Below are positions 26,001 to 39,793 of a stretch of DNA of 64,000 bases, one piece after another. The translations under genes and the position numbers were made by a program. Under the pieces are notes generated by a model. It ran no database searches. It was not told the DNA's origin and saw nothing but the letters and a program-made list of their open reading frames with translations. The first letter of the stretch is position 1; each line of letters begins with the position of its first letter. Origin of the DNA: the human T2T-CHM13v2.0 reference genome, Homo sapiens; the NCBI RefSeq assembly GCF_009914755.1, contig NC_060928.1; one strand, given 5' to 3'.

Positions 26001-29000
26001 ACTCAAGACAGATGCATTCTCAGAAACATCTCTGTGATGTTTGCATTCCACTCATAGATTTGAAAACTTCCTTTCATAGAGCAGGTTTGAAACACTCTTT
26101 TTGTAATATTTGGAAGTGGACATTTGCAGCGCTTTGAGGCCTATGGTGAAAAAGGAAATATCTTCTCATAAAAACCAGAAACAAGCATTCTCAGAAACTT
26201 CTTTTTGATGTGTGTACTCAAGTAACAGAGTTGAACCTTCCTTTTGACACAGCAGTTTTGAAACAATCTTTTTGTAGAATCTGCAAGTGGATATTTGGAT
26301 AGCTTTGAGGATTTCGTTGGAAACGGGATATCTTCATATAAAATCTAGAGAGAAGCTTTCTCAGAAACTTCTTTGTGCTGTATGTCCTCAATTAACAGAG
26401 TTGAACCATTGCTTGGATACAGCATTTTGGAAACATTCCTTGAGTAGAATCTGCAAGTTGATATTTAGATAGATTTGAAGATTTCGTTGGAAAAGGGAAT
26501 ATCTCCATAGAAAATCTAGAGGGAAGCATTCTCAGAAACTGCTTCGTGATGTTTCCATTCAAGTCACAGAGTTGAATATTCCCTTTTATAGAGCACGTTT
26601 GAAACACTCTTTCTGCACTATCTGGAAGTGGACATTTCGAGCGCTTTGAGGCCTATGGTGAAAAAGGAAATATCTTCCCATAAAAACTAGACAGAAGCAT
26701 TCTCAGAAACTTGTTTGTGATGTGTGTATTCAACTAACAGAGTTGAACTTTTGTTTTTACAGAGCCGTTTTAAAACACTCTTTTTGTGGAATCAGAAAGT
26801 GGATATTCGGATGGCTCTGAGGATTTCGTTGGAAGCGGGATTACATATAAAATCTAGAGAGAAGCATTCTCAGGAACTTCTTTGTGATGTTTGCATTGAA
26901 GTCACAGAATTGAACATTCACTTTGATAGAGCAGGTTTGAAACACTCATTCTGTAGTATCTGGAAGTGGACATTTCAAGCGCTTTCAGGCCTATGGTGAG
27001 AAAGGAAATATCTTCGAATAAAAACTAGACAGAAGCATCCTCAGAAACTTATTTGTGATGTGTGTCCTCAACTAACAGAGTTGAAACTTTGTTTTGATAC
27101 AGCATTTTGGAAACACTCTTTTTGTAGAATCTGCAGGTGGATATTTGGATAGCTTAGAGGGATTCGTTGGAAAGGGGATATCTTCATATAAAATCTAGAC
27201 AGAAGCATTCTCAGAAACTTATTTGTGATGTGTGTCCTCAACTAACAGAGTTGAACCTTGGTTTTGATACAGCATTTTGGAAACACTCCTTTTGTAGAAT
27301 CTGCAGGTGGATATGTGGATAGCTCTGAAGATTTCGTTGGAAACGGGAATTTCTTCATATAAAATCAAACAGAAGCATTCTCAGAAACTTCTCAGTGATG
27401 TTTGCATTCAGCTCATGGAGTTGAACACTTCCTTTCATAGAGCCGGTTTGAAACACTCTTTCTGCACTACCTGGAAGAGGACATTTCGAGCGCTTTGAGT
27501 CCTATGGTGAAAAAGGAAATATCTTCTCATAAAAACCAGAAAGAAGCATTCTCAGAAACTTCTTTGTGTTGTGTGTACTCATGTAACAGTGTTGAACCAT
27601 CCTTTTGACAGAGCAGTTTTGAAACACTCTTTTTGTAGAATCTGCAAGTGGATATTTGGATAGCTTTGAGGATTTCGTTGGAAACGGGATGACATATAAT
27701 ATCTAGAGAGAAGCATACTCAGGAACTTCTTTGTGATGTTTGCATTCAAGTCACAGAATTGAACATTCCCTTTCATAGAGCAGGTTTGAAACACTCTTTC
27801 TCTAGTATCTGGAAGTGGGCATTTCAAGCGCTTTCAGGCCTATGGAGAGAAAGGAAATACCTTCAAATAAAAACTAGACAGAAGCATTCTCAGAAACTTA
27901 TTTGTGATGTGTGTCCTCAACTAACAGAGTTGAACCTTTGTTTTGATACAGCATTTTGGAAACACTCTTTTTGTAGAATCTGCAGGTGGATATTTGGATA
28001 ACTTTGAAGATTTCGTTGGAAACCGGAATATCTTCATATAAAATCAAGACAGAAGCATTCTCGGAAACATCTCTGTGATGTTTGCATTCAACTCAGTAGA
28101 GTTGAACACTTCCTTTCATAGAGCCGGTTTGAAACACTCTTTCTGCACTACCTGGAAGCGGACATTTCGAGCGCTTTGAGGCCTATGGTGAAAAAGGAAA
28201 TATCTTCTCATAAAAACCAGAAAGAAGCATTCTCAGAAACTTCTTTGTGTTGTGTGTACTCAAGTAACAGTGTTGAACCTTCCTTTTGACACAGCAGTTT
28301 TGAAACACTCTTTTGGTAGAATCTGCAAGTGGATATTTGGATAGCTTTGAGGATTTCGTTGGAAACGGGTTATCTTCATATAAAATCCAGACAGGAGCAT
28401 TCTCAGAAACTTCTTTGTGCTGCATGTCCTCAATTCACAGAGCTGAACCTTTGTTTGGATACAGCATTTTGGAAACATTCCTTTAGTAGAATCTGCAAGT
28501 TGATATTTAGATAGCTTTGAAGATTTCGTTGGAAACGGGAATATCTTCATAGAAAATCTAGACGGAAGCATTCTCAGAAACTGCTTTGTGATGTTTGCAT
28601 TCAAGTCACAGAGTTGAATATTCCCTTTTATAGAGTAGGTTTGAAACACTCTTTCGGCACTACCTGGAAGTGGATATTTCGAGCTCTTTGAGGCTTATGG
28701 TTAAAAGGAAATATCTTCCCATAAAAACTAGACAGAAGCCGTCTCAGAAACTTTTTTGTGATGTGTGTATACAACTACCAGAGTTGAACATTTCTGTTAC
28801 AGAGCAATTTTAAAACACTCTTTTTGTGGAATCTGAAAGTGGATAATTGGATAGCTTTGTGGATTTCGTTGGAAACGGGATGACGTATAAAATCTAGAGA
28901 GAAGCATTCTCAGGAACTTCTTTGTGATGTTTGCATTCAAGTCACAGAATTGAACATTCCTTTTCATAGTGCAGGTTTGAAACACTCTTTCTGTAGTATC

Positions 29001-32000
29001 TGGAAGTGGACATTTCAAGCGCTTTCAGGCCTACGGGGAGAAAGGAAATATCTTCAAATAAAAACTAGACAGAAGGATTCTCAGAAACTTATTTGTGATG
29101 TGTGTCCTAAACGAACACAGTTGAACCTTTGTTTTGATACAGCATTTTGGAAACACTCCTTTTGTAGGATCTGCAGGTGGATATTTGGATAGATTTTAAG
29201 ATTTCGTTGGAAACGGGAGTTTCTTCATAGAAACTCAAGACAGATGCATTCTCAGAAACATCTCTGTGATGTTTGCATTCCACTCATAGAGTTGAAAACT
29301 TCCTTTCATAGAGCAGGTTTGAAACACTCTTTTTGTAATATTTGGAAGTGGACATTTGCAGCGCTTTGAGGCCTATGGTGAAAAAGGAAATATCTTCTGA
29401 TAAAAACCAGAAACAAGCATTCTCAGAAACTTCTTTTTGATGTGTGTACTCAAGTAACAGAGTTGAACCTTCCTTTTGACACAGCAGTTTTGAAACAATC
29501 TTTTTGTAGAATCTGCAAGTGGATATTTGGATAGCTTTGAGGATTTCGTTGGAAACGGGATATCTTCATATAAAATCTAGACAGAAGCTTTCTCAGAAAC
29601 TTCTTTGTGCTGTATGTCCTCAATTAACAGATTTGAACCATTGCTTGGATACAGCATTTTGGAAACATTCCTTGAGTAGAATCTGCAAGTTGATATTTAG
29701 ATAGATTTGAAGATTTCGTTGGAAAAGGGAATATCTCCATAGAAAATCTAGAGGGAAGCATTCTCAGAAACTGCTTTGTGATGTTTCCATTCAAGTCACA
29801 GAGTTGAATATTCCCTTTTATAGAGCACGTTTGAAACACTCTTTCTGCACTATCTGGAAGTGGACATTTCGAGCGCTTTGAGGCCTATGGTGAAAAAGGA
29901 AATATCTTCCCATAAAAACTAGACAGAAGCATTCTCAGAAACTTGTTTGTGATGTGTGTATTCAACTAACAGAGTTGAACTTTTGTTTTTACAGAGCCGT
30001 TTTAAAACACTCTTTTTGTGGAATCAGAAAGTGGATATTCGGATGGCTCTGAGGATTTCGTTGGAAGCGGGATTACATATAAAATCTAGAGAGAAGCATT
30101 CTCAGGAACTTCTTTGTGATGTTTGCATTGAAGTCACAGAATTGAACATTCACTTTGATAGAGCAGGTTTGAAACACTCATTCTGTAGTATCTGGAAGTG
30201 GACATTTCAAGCGCTTTCAGGCCTATGGTGAGAAAGGAAATATCTTCGAATAAAAACTAGACAGAAGCATCCTCAGAAACTTATTTGTGATGTGTGTCCT
30301 CAACTAACAGAGTTGAAACTTTGTTTTGATACAGCATTTTGGAAACACTCTTTTTGTAGAATCTGCAGGTGGATATTTGGATAGCTTAGAGGGATTCGTT
30401 GGAAAGGGGATATCTTCATATAAAATCTAGACAGAAGCATTCTCAGAAACTTATTTGTGATGTGTGTCCTCAACTAACAGAGTTGAACCTTGGTTTTGAT
30501 ACAGCATTTTGGAAACACTCCTTTTGTAGAATCTGCAGGTGGATATGTGGATAGCTCTGAAGATTTCGTTGGAAACGGGAATTTCTTCATATAAAATCAA
30601 ACAGAAGCATTCTCAGAAACTTCTCAGTGATGTTTGCATTCAGCTCATGGAGTTGAACACTTCCTTTCATAGAGCCGGTTTGAAACACTCTTTCTGCACT
30701 ACCTGGAAGAGGACATTTCGAGCGCTTTGAGTCCTATGGTGAAAAAGGAAATATCTTCTCATAAAAACCAGAAAGAAGCATTCTCAGAAACTTCTTTGTG
30801 TTGTGTGTACTCATGTAACAGTGTTGAACCATCCTTTTGACAGAGCAGTTTTGAAACACTCTTTTTGTAGAATCTGCAAGTGGATATTTGGATAGCTTTG
30901 AGGATTTCGTTGGAAACGGGATGACATATAATATCTAGAGAGAAGCATACTCAGGAACTTCTTTGTGATGTTTGCATTCAAGTCACAGAATTGAACATTC
31001 CCTTTCATAGAGCAGGTTTGAAACACTCTTTCTCTAGTATCTGGAAGTGGGCATTTCAAGCGCTTTCAGGCCTATGGAGAGAAAGGAAATACCTTCAAAT
31101 AAAAACTAGACAGAAGCATTCTCAGAAACTTATTTGTGATGTGTGTCCTCAACTAACAGAGTTGAACCTTTGTTTTGATACAGCATTTTGGAAACACTCC
31201 TTTTGTAGAATCTGCAGGTGGATATTTGGATAACTTTGAAGATTTCGTTGGAAACCGGAATATCTTCATATAAAATCAAGACAGAAGCATTCTCGGAAAC
31301 ATCTCTGTGATGTTTCCATTCAACTCAGTAGAGTTGAACACTTCCTTTCATAGAGCAGGTTTGAAACACTCTTTCTGCACTACCTGGAAGCGGACATTTC
31401 GAGCGCTTTGAGGCCTATGGTGAAAAAGGAAATATCTTCTCATAAAAACCAGAAAGAAGCATTCTCAGAAACTTCTTTGTGTTGTGTGTACTCAAGTAAC
31501 AGTGTTGAACCTTCCTTTTGACACAGCAGTTTTGAAACACTCTTTTGGTAGAATCTGCAAGTGGATATTTGGATAGCTTTGAGGATTTCGTTGGAAACGG
31601 GTTATCTTCATATAAAATCCAGACAGGAGCATTCTCAGAAACTTCTTTGTGCTGCATGTCCTCAATTCACAGAGCTGAACCTTTGTTTGGATACAGCATT
31701 TTGGAAACATTCCTTTAGTAGAATCTGCAAGTTGATATTTAGATAGCTTTGAAGATTTCGTTGGAAACGGGAATATCTTCATAGAAAATCTAGACGGAAG
31801 CATTCTCAGAAACTGCTTTGTGATGTTTGCATTCAAGTCACAGAGTTGAATATTCCCTTTTATAGAGTAGGTTTGAAACACTCTTTCGGCACTACCTGGA
31901 AGTGGATATTTCGAGCTCTTTGAGGCCTATGGTTAAAAGGAAATATCTTCCCATAAAAACTAGACAGAAGCCGTCTCAGAAACTTGTTTGTGATGTGTGT

Positions 32001-35000
32001 ATACAACTACCAGAGTTGAACATTTCTGTTACAGAGCAATTTTAAAACACTCTTTTTGTGGAATCTGAAAGTGGATAATTGGATAGCTTTGTGGATTTCG
32101 TTGGAAACGGGATGACGTATAAAATCTAGAGAGAAGCATTCTCAGGAACTTCTTTCTGATGTTTGCATTCAAGTCACAGAATTGAACATTCCTTTTCATA
32201 GTGCAGGTTTGAAACACTCTTTCTGTAGTATCTGGAAGTGGACATTTCAAGCGCTTTCAGGCCTACGGGGAGAAAGGAAATATCTTCAAATAAAAACTAG
32301 ACAGAAGGATTCTCAGAAACTTATTTGTGATGTGTGTCCTAAACGAACACAGTTGAACCTTTGTTTTGATACAGCATTTTGGAAACACTCCTTTTGTAGG
32401 ATCTGCAGGTGGATATTTGGATAGATTTTAAGATTTCGTTGGAAACGGGAGTTTCTTCATAGAAACTCAATACAGATGCATTCTCAGAAACATCTCTGTG
32501 ATGTTTGCATTCCACTCATAGAGTTGAAAACTTCCTTTCATAGAGCAGGTTTGAAACACTCTTTTTGTAATATTTGGAAGTGGACATTTGCAGCGTTTTG
32601 AGGCCTATGGTGAAAAAGGAAATATCTTCTCATAAAAACCAGAAACAAGCATTCTCAGAAACTTCTTTTTGATGTGTGTACTCAAGTAACAGAGTTGAAC
32701 CTTCCTTTTGACACAGCAGTTTTGAAACAATCTTTTTGTAGAATCTGCAAGTGGATATTTGGATAGCTTTGAGGATTTCGTTGGAAACGGGATATCTTCA
32801 TATAAAATCTAGACAGAAGCATTCTCAGAAACTTCTTTGTGCTGTATGCCCTCAATTAACAGAGTTGAACCATTGCTTGGATACAGCATTTTGGAAACAT
32901 TCCTTGAGTAGATTCTGCAAGTTGATATTTAGATAGATTTGAAGATTTCGTTGGAAAAGGGAATATCTCCATATAAAATCTAGAGGGAAGCATTCTCAGA
33001 AACTGCTTTGTGATGTTTCCATTCAAGTCACAGAGTTGAATATTCCCTTTTATAGAGCACGTTTGAAACACTCTTTCTGCACTATCTGGAAGTGGACATT
33101 TCGAGCGCTTTGAGGCCTATGGTGAAAAAGGAAATATCTTCCCATAAAAACTAGACAGAAGCATTCTCAGAAACTTGTTTGTGATGTGTGTATTCAACTA
33201 ACAGAGTTGAACTTTTGTTTTTACAGAGCCGTTTTAAAACACTCTTTTTGTGGAATCAGAAAGTGGATATTCGGATGGCTCTGAGGATTTCGTTGGAAGC
33301 GGGATTATATATAAAATCTAGAGAGAAGCATTCTCAGGAACTTCTTTGTGATGTTTGCATTGAAGTCACAGAATTGAACATTCACTTTGATAGAGCAGGT
33401 TTGAAACACTCATTCTGTAGTATCTGGAAGTGGACATTTCAAGCGCTTTCAGGCCTATGGTGAAAAAGGAAATATCTTCGAATAAAAACTAGACAGAAGC
33501 ATCCTCAGAAACTTATTTGTGATGTGTGTCCTCAACTAACAGAGTTGAAACTTTGTTTTGATACAGCATTTTGGAAACACTCTTTTTGTAGAATCTGCAG
33601 GTGGATATTTGGATAGCTTAGAGGGATTCCTTGGAAAGGGGATATCTTCATATAAAATCTAGACAGAAGCATTCTCAGAAACTTATTTGTGATGTGTGTC
33701 CTCAACTAACAGAGTTGAACCTTGGTTTTGATACAGCATTTTGGAAACACTCCTTTTGTAGAATCTGCAGGTGGATATGTGGATAGCTCTGAAGATTTCG
33801 TTGGAAACGGGAATTTCTTCATATAAAATCAAACAGAAGCATTCTCAGAAACTTCTCAGTGATGTTTGCATTCAGCTCATGGAGTTGAACACTTCCTTTC
33901 ATAGAGCCGGTTTGAAACACTCTTTCTGCACTACCTGGAAGAGGCCATTTCGAGCGCTTTGAGTCCTATGGTGAAAAAGGAAATATCTTCTCATAAAAAC
34001 CAGAAAGAAGCATTCTCAGAAACTTCTTTGTGTTGTGTGTACTCATGTAACAGTGTTGAACCATCCTTTTGACAGAGCAGTTTTGAAACACTCTTTTTGT
34101 AGAATCTGCAAGTGGATATTTGGATAGCTTTGAGGATTTCGTTGGAAACGGGATGACATATAATATCTAGAGAGAAGCATTCTCAGGAACTTCTTTGTGA
34201 TGTTTGCATTCAAGTCACAGAATTGAACATTCCCTTTCATAGAGCAGGTTTGAAACACTCTTTCTCTAGTATCTGGAAGTGGGCATTTCAAGCGCTTTCA
34301 GGCCTATGGAGAGAAAGGAAATACCTTCAAATAAAAACTAGACAGAAGCATTCTCAGAAACTTATTTGTGATGTGTGTCCTCAACTAACAGAGTTGAACC
34401 TTTGTTTTGATACAGCATTTTGGAAACACTCCTTTTGTAGAATCTGCAGGTGGATATTTGGATAACTTTGAAGATTTCGTTGGAAACCGGAATATCTTCA
34501 TATAAAATCAAGACAGAAGCATTCTCGGAAACATCTCTGTGATGTTTCCATTCAACTCAGTAGAGTTGAACACTTCCTTTCATAGAGCAGGTTTGAAACA
34601 CTCTTTCTGCACTACCTGGAAGCGGACATTTCGAGCGCTTTGAGGCCTATGGTGAAAAAGGAAATATCTTCTCATAAAAACCAGAAAGAAGCATTCTCAG
34701 AAACTTCTTTGTGTTGTGTGTACTCAAGTAACAGTGTTGAACCTTCCTTTTGACACAGCAGTTTTGAAACACTCTTTTGGTAGAATCTGCAAGTGGATAT
34801 TTGGATAGCTTTGAGGATTTCGTTGGAAACGGGTTATCTTCATATAAAATCCAGACAGGAGCATTCTCAGAAACTTCTTTGTGCTGCATGTCCTCAATTC
34901 ACAGAGCTGAACCTTTGTTTGGATACAGCATTTTGGAAACATTCCTTTAGTAGAATCTGCAAGTTGATATTTAGATAGCTTTGAAGATTTCGTTGGAAAC

Positions 35001-36393
35001 GGGAATATCTTCATAGAAAATCTAGACGGAAGCATTCTCAGAAACTGCTTTGTGATGTTTGCATTCAAGTCACAGAGTTGAATATTCCCTTTTATAGAGT
35101 AGGTTTGAAACACTCTTTCGGCACTACCTGGAAGTGGATATTTCGAGCTCTTTGAGGCCTATGGTTAAAAGGAAATATCTTCCCATAAAAACTAGACAGA
35201 AGCCGTCTCAGAAACTTGTTTGTGATGTGTGTATTCAACTAACAGAGTTGAACATTTCTGTTACAGAGCAATTTTAAAACACTCTTTTTGTGGAATCTGA
35301 AAGTGGATAATTGGATAGCTTTGTGGATTTCGTTGGAAACGGGATGACGTATAAAATCTAGAGAGAAGCATTCTCAGGAACTTCTTTGTGATGTTTGCAT
35401 TCAAGTCACAGAATTGAACATTCCTTTTCATAGTGCAGGTTTGAAACACTCTTTCTGTAGTATCTGGAAGTGGACATTTCAAGCGCTTTCAGGCCTACGG
35501 CGAGAAAGGAAATATCTTCAAATAAAAACTAGACAGAAGGATTCTCAGAAACTTATTTGTGATGTGTGTCCTAAACGAACACAGTTGAACCTTTGTTTAG
35601 ATACAGCATTTTGGAAACACTCCTTTTGTAGGATCTGCAGGTGGATATTTGGATAGATTTTAAGATTTCGTTGGAAACGGGAGTTTCTTCATAGAAACTC
35701 AAGACAGATGCATTCTCAGAAACATCTCTGTGATGTTTGCATTCCACTCATAGAGTTGAAAACTTCCTTTCATAGAGCAGGTTTGAAACACTCTTTTTGT
35801 AATATTTGGAAGTGGACATTTGCAGCGCTTTGAGGCCTATGGTGAAAAAGGAAATATCTTCTCATAAAAACCAGAAACAAGCATTCTCAGAAACTTCTTT
35901 TTGATGTGTGTACTCAAGTAACAGAGTTGAACCTTCCTTTTGACACAGCAGTTTTGAAACAATCTTTTTGTAGAATCTGCAAGTGGATATTTGGATAGCT
36001 TTGAGGATTTCGTTGGAAACGGGATATCTTCATATAAAATCTAGACAGAAGCATTCTCAGAAACTTCTTTGTGCTGTATGTCCTCAATTAACAGAGTTGA
36101 ACCATTGCTTGGATACAGCATTTTGGAAACATTCCTTTAGTAGAATCTGCAAGTTGATATTTAGATAGATCTGAAGATTTCGTTGGAAAAGGGAATATCT
36201 CCATATAAAATCTAGACGGAAGCATTCTCAGAAACTGCTTTGTGATGTTTCCATTCAAGTCACAGAGTTGAATATTCCCTTTTATAGAGCACGTTTGAAA
36301 CACTCTTTCTGCACTATCTGGAAGTGGACATTTCGAGCGCTTTGAGGCCTATGGTGAAAAAGGAAATATCTTCCCATAAAAATTAGACAGAAG
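17002..36393 (+). repeat. Six canonical 19-mer HORs (starts 17002, 20234, 23466, 26698, 29930, 33162)
   Basis: m1 anchor recurs at exact 3232 bp spacing. Confidence 0.95.
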
Positions 36394-37410
36394 CATTCTC
36401 AGAAACTTGTTTGTGATGTGTGTATTCAACTAACAGAGTTGAACTTTTGTTTTTACAGAGCCGTTTTAAAACACTCTTTTTGTGGAATCAGAAAGTGGAT
36501 ATTCGGATGGCTCTGAGGATTTCGTTGGAAGCGGGATTACATATAAAATCTAGAGAGAAGCATTCTCAGGAACTCCTTTGTGATGTTTGCATTGAAGTCA
36601 CAGAATTGAACATTCACTTTGATACAGCAGGTTTGAAACACTCATTCTGTAGTATCTGGAAGTGGACATTTCAAGCGCTTTCAGGCCTATGGTGAAAAAG
36701 GAAATATCTTCGAATAAAAACTAGACAGAAGCATCCTCAGAAACTTATTTGTGATGTGTGTCCTCAACTAACAGAGTTGAACCTTGGTTTTGATACAGCA
36801 TTTTGGAAACACTCCTTTTGTAGAATCTGCAGGTGGATATGTGGATAGCTCTGAAGATTTCGTTGGAAACGGGAATTTCTTCATATAAAATCAAACAGAA
36901 GCATTCTCAGAAACTTCTCAGTGATGTTTGCATTCAGCTCATGGAGTTGAACACTTCCTTTCATAGAGCCGGTTTGAAACACTCTTTCTGCACTACCTGG
37001 AAGAGGCCATTTCGAGCGCTTTGAGTCCTATGGTGAAAAAGGAAATATCTTCTCATAAAAACCAGAAAGAAGCATTCTCAGAAACTTCTTTGTGTTGTGT
37101 GTACTCATGTAACAGTGTTGAACCATCCTTTTGACAGAGCAGTTTTGAAACACTCTTTTTGTAGAATCTGCAAGTGGATATTTGGATAGCTTTGAGGATT
37201 TCGTTGGAAACGGGATGACATGTAATCTCTAGAGAGAAGCATTCTCAGGAACTTCTTTGTGCTGTTTGCATTCAAGTCACAGAATTGAACATTCCCTTTC
37301 ATAGAGCAGATTTGAAACACTCTTTCTCTAGTATCTGGAAGTGGGCATTTCAAGCGCTTTCAGGCCTATTGAGAGAAAGGAAATACCTTCAAATAAAAAC
37401 TAGACAGAAG
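36394..37410 (+). repeat. 6-mer HOR structural variant, 1017 bp
   Basis: m1 anchors at 36394 and 37411; same monomer order as 15985-17001. Confidence 0.95.
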
Positions 37411-39793
37411 CATTCTCAGAAACTTGTTTGTGATGTGTGTATTCAACTAACAGAGTTGAACTTTTGTTTTTACAGAGCCGTTTTAAAACACTCTTTTTGT
37501 GGAATCCGAAAGTGGATATTCGGATGGCTCTGAGGATTTCGTTGGAAGCGGGATTACATATAAAATTTAGAGAGAAGCATTCTCAGGAACTTCTTTGTGA
37601 TGTTTGCATTCAAGTCACAGAATTGAACATTCCCTTTCATAGAGCAGGTTTGAAACACTCTTTCTCTAGTATCTGGAAGTGGGCATTTCAAGCGCTTTCA
37701 GGCCTATGGAGAGAAAGGAAATACCTTCAAATAAAAACTAGACAGAAGCATTCTCAGAAACTTATTTGTGATGTGTGTCCTCAACTAACAGAGTTGAACC
37801 TTTGTTTTGATACAGCATTTTGGAAACACTCCTTTTGTAGAATCTGCAGGTGGATATTTGGATAACTTTGAAGATTTCGTTGGAAACCGGAATATCTTCA
37901 TATAAAATCAAGACAGAAGCATTCTCGGAAACATCTCTGTGATGTTTGCATTCAACTCAGTAGAGTTGAACACTTCCTTTCATAGAGCAGGTTTGAAACA
38001 CTCTTTCTGCACTACCTGGAAGCGGACATTTCGAGCGCTTTGAGGCCTATGGTGAAAAAGGAAATATCTTCTCATAAAAACCAGAAAGAAGCATTCTCAG
38101 AAACTTCTTTGTGTTGTGTGTACTCAAGTAACAGTGTTGAACCTTCCTGTTGACACAGCAGTTTTGAAACACTCTTTTGGTAGAATCTGCAAGTGGATAT
38201 TTGGATAGCTTTGAGGATTTCGTTGGAAACGGGTTATCTTCATATAAAATCCAGACAGGAGCATTCTCAGAAACTTCTTTGTGCTGCATGTCCTCAATTC
38301 ACAGAGCTGAACCTTTGTTTGGATACAGCATTTTGGAAACATTCCTTTAGTAGAATCTGCAAGTTGATATTTAGATAGCTTTGAAGATTTCGTTGGAAAC
38401 GGGAATATCTTCATAGAAAATCTAGACGGAAGCATTCTCAGAAACTGCTTTGTGATGTTTGCATTCAAGTCACAGAGTTGAATATTCCCTTTTATAGAGT
38501 AGGTTTGAAACACTCTTTTGGCACTACCTGGAAGTGGATATTTCGAGCTCTTTGAGGCCTATGGTTAAAAGGAAATATCTTCCCATAAAAACTAGACAGA
38601 AGCCGTCTCAGAAACTTGTTTGTGATGTGTGTATTCAACTAACAGAGTTGAACATTTCTGTTACAGAGCAATTTTAAAACACTCTTTTTGTGGAATCTGA
38701 AAGTGGATAATTGGATAGCTTTGTGGATTTCGTTGGAAACGGGATGACGTATAAAATCTAGAGAGAAGCATTCTCAGGAACTTCTTTCTGATGTTTGCAT
38801 TCAAGTCACAGAATTGAACATTCCTTTTCATAGTGCAGGTTTGAAACACTCTTTCTGTAGTATCTGGAAGTGGACATTTCAAGCGCTTTCAGGCCTACGG
38901 GGAGAAAGGAAATATCTTCAAATAAAAACTAGACAGAAGGATTCTCAGAAACTTATTTGTGATGTGTGTCCTAAACGAACAGAGTTGAACCTTTGTTTTG
39001 ATACAGCATTTTGGAAACACTCCTTTTGTAGGATCTGCAGGTGGATATTTGGATAGATTTTAAGATTTCGTTGGAAACGGGAATTTCTTCATAGAAACTC
39101 AAGACAGATGCATTCTCAGAAACATCTCTGTGATGTTTGCATTCCACTCATAGAGTTGAAAACTTCCTTTCATAGAGCAGGTTTGAAACACACTTTTTGT
39201 AATATTTGGAAGTGGACATTTGCAGCGCTTTGAGGCCTATGGTGAAAAAGGAAATATCTTCTCATAAAAACCAGAAACAAGCATTCTCAGAAACTTCTTT
39301 TTGATGTGTGTACTCAAGTAACAGAGTTGAACCTTCCTTTTGACACAGCAGTTTTGAAACAATCTTTTTGTAGAATCTGCAAGTGGATATTTGGATAGCT
39401 TTGAGGATTTCGTTGGAAACGGGATATCCTCATATAAAATCTAGACAGAAGCATTCTCAGAAACTTCTTTGTGCTGTATGCCCTCAATTAACAGAGTTGA
39501 ACAATTGCTTGGATACAGCATTTTGGAAACATTCCTTGAGTAGAATCTGCAAGTTGATATTTAGATAGATTTGAAGATTTCATTGGAAAAGGGAATATCT
39601 CCATATAAAATCTAGAGGGAAGCATTCTCAGAAACTGCTTTGTGATGTTTCCATTCAAGTCACAGAGTTGAATATTCCCTTTTATAGAGCACGTTTGAAA
39701 CACTCTTTCTGCACTATCTGGAAGTGGACATTTCGAGCGCTTTGAGGCCTATGTTGAAAAAGGAAATATCTTCCCATAAAAACTAGACAGAAG
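37411..39793 (+). repeat. 14-mer HOR structural variant, 2383 bp (m1 joined to m7-m19; m2-m6 deleted, 849 bp)
   Basis: m1 (GAAGCGGGATTACAT) is followed by an m7-type monomer (CATTCAAG...CCCTTTCATAG...CTCTAG) and then m8. 3232-849=2383. Confidence 0.93.

Noticed and set aside
37437-37865. Longest ORF (142 aa), unique in the window
   Set aside because: It is an incidental in-frame fusion created by the m1-to-m7 deletion junction.
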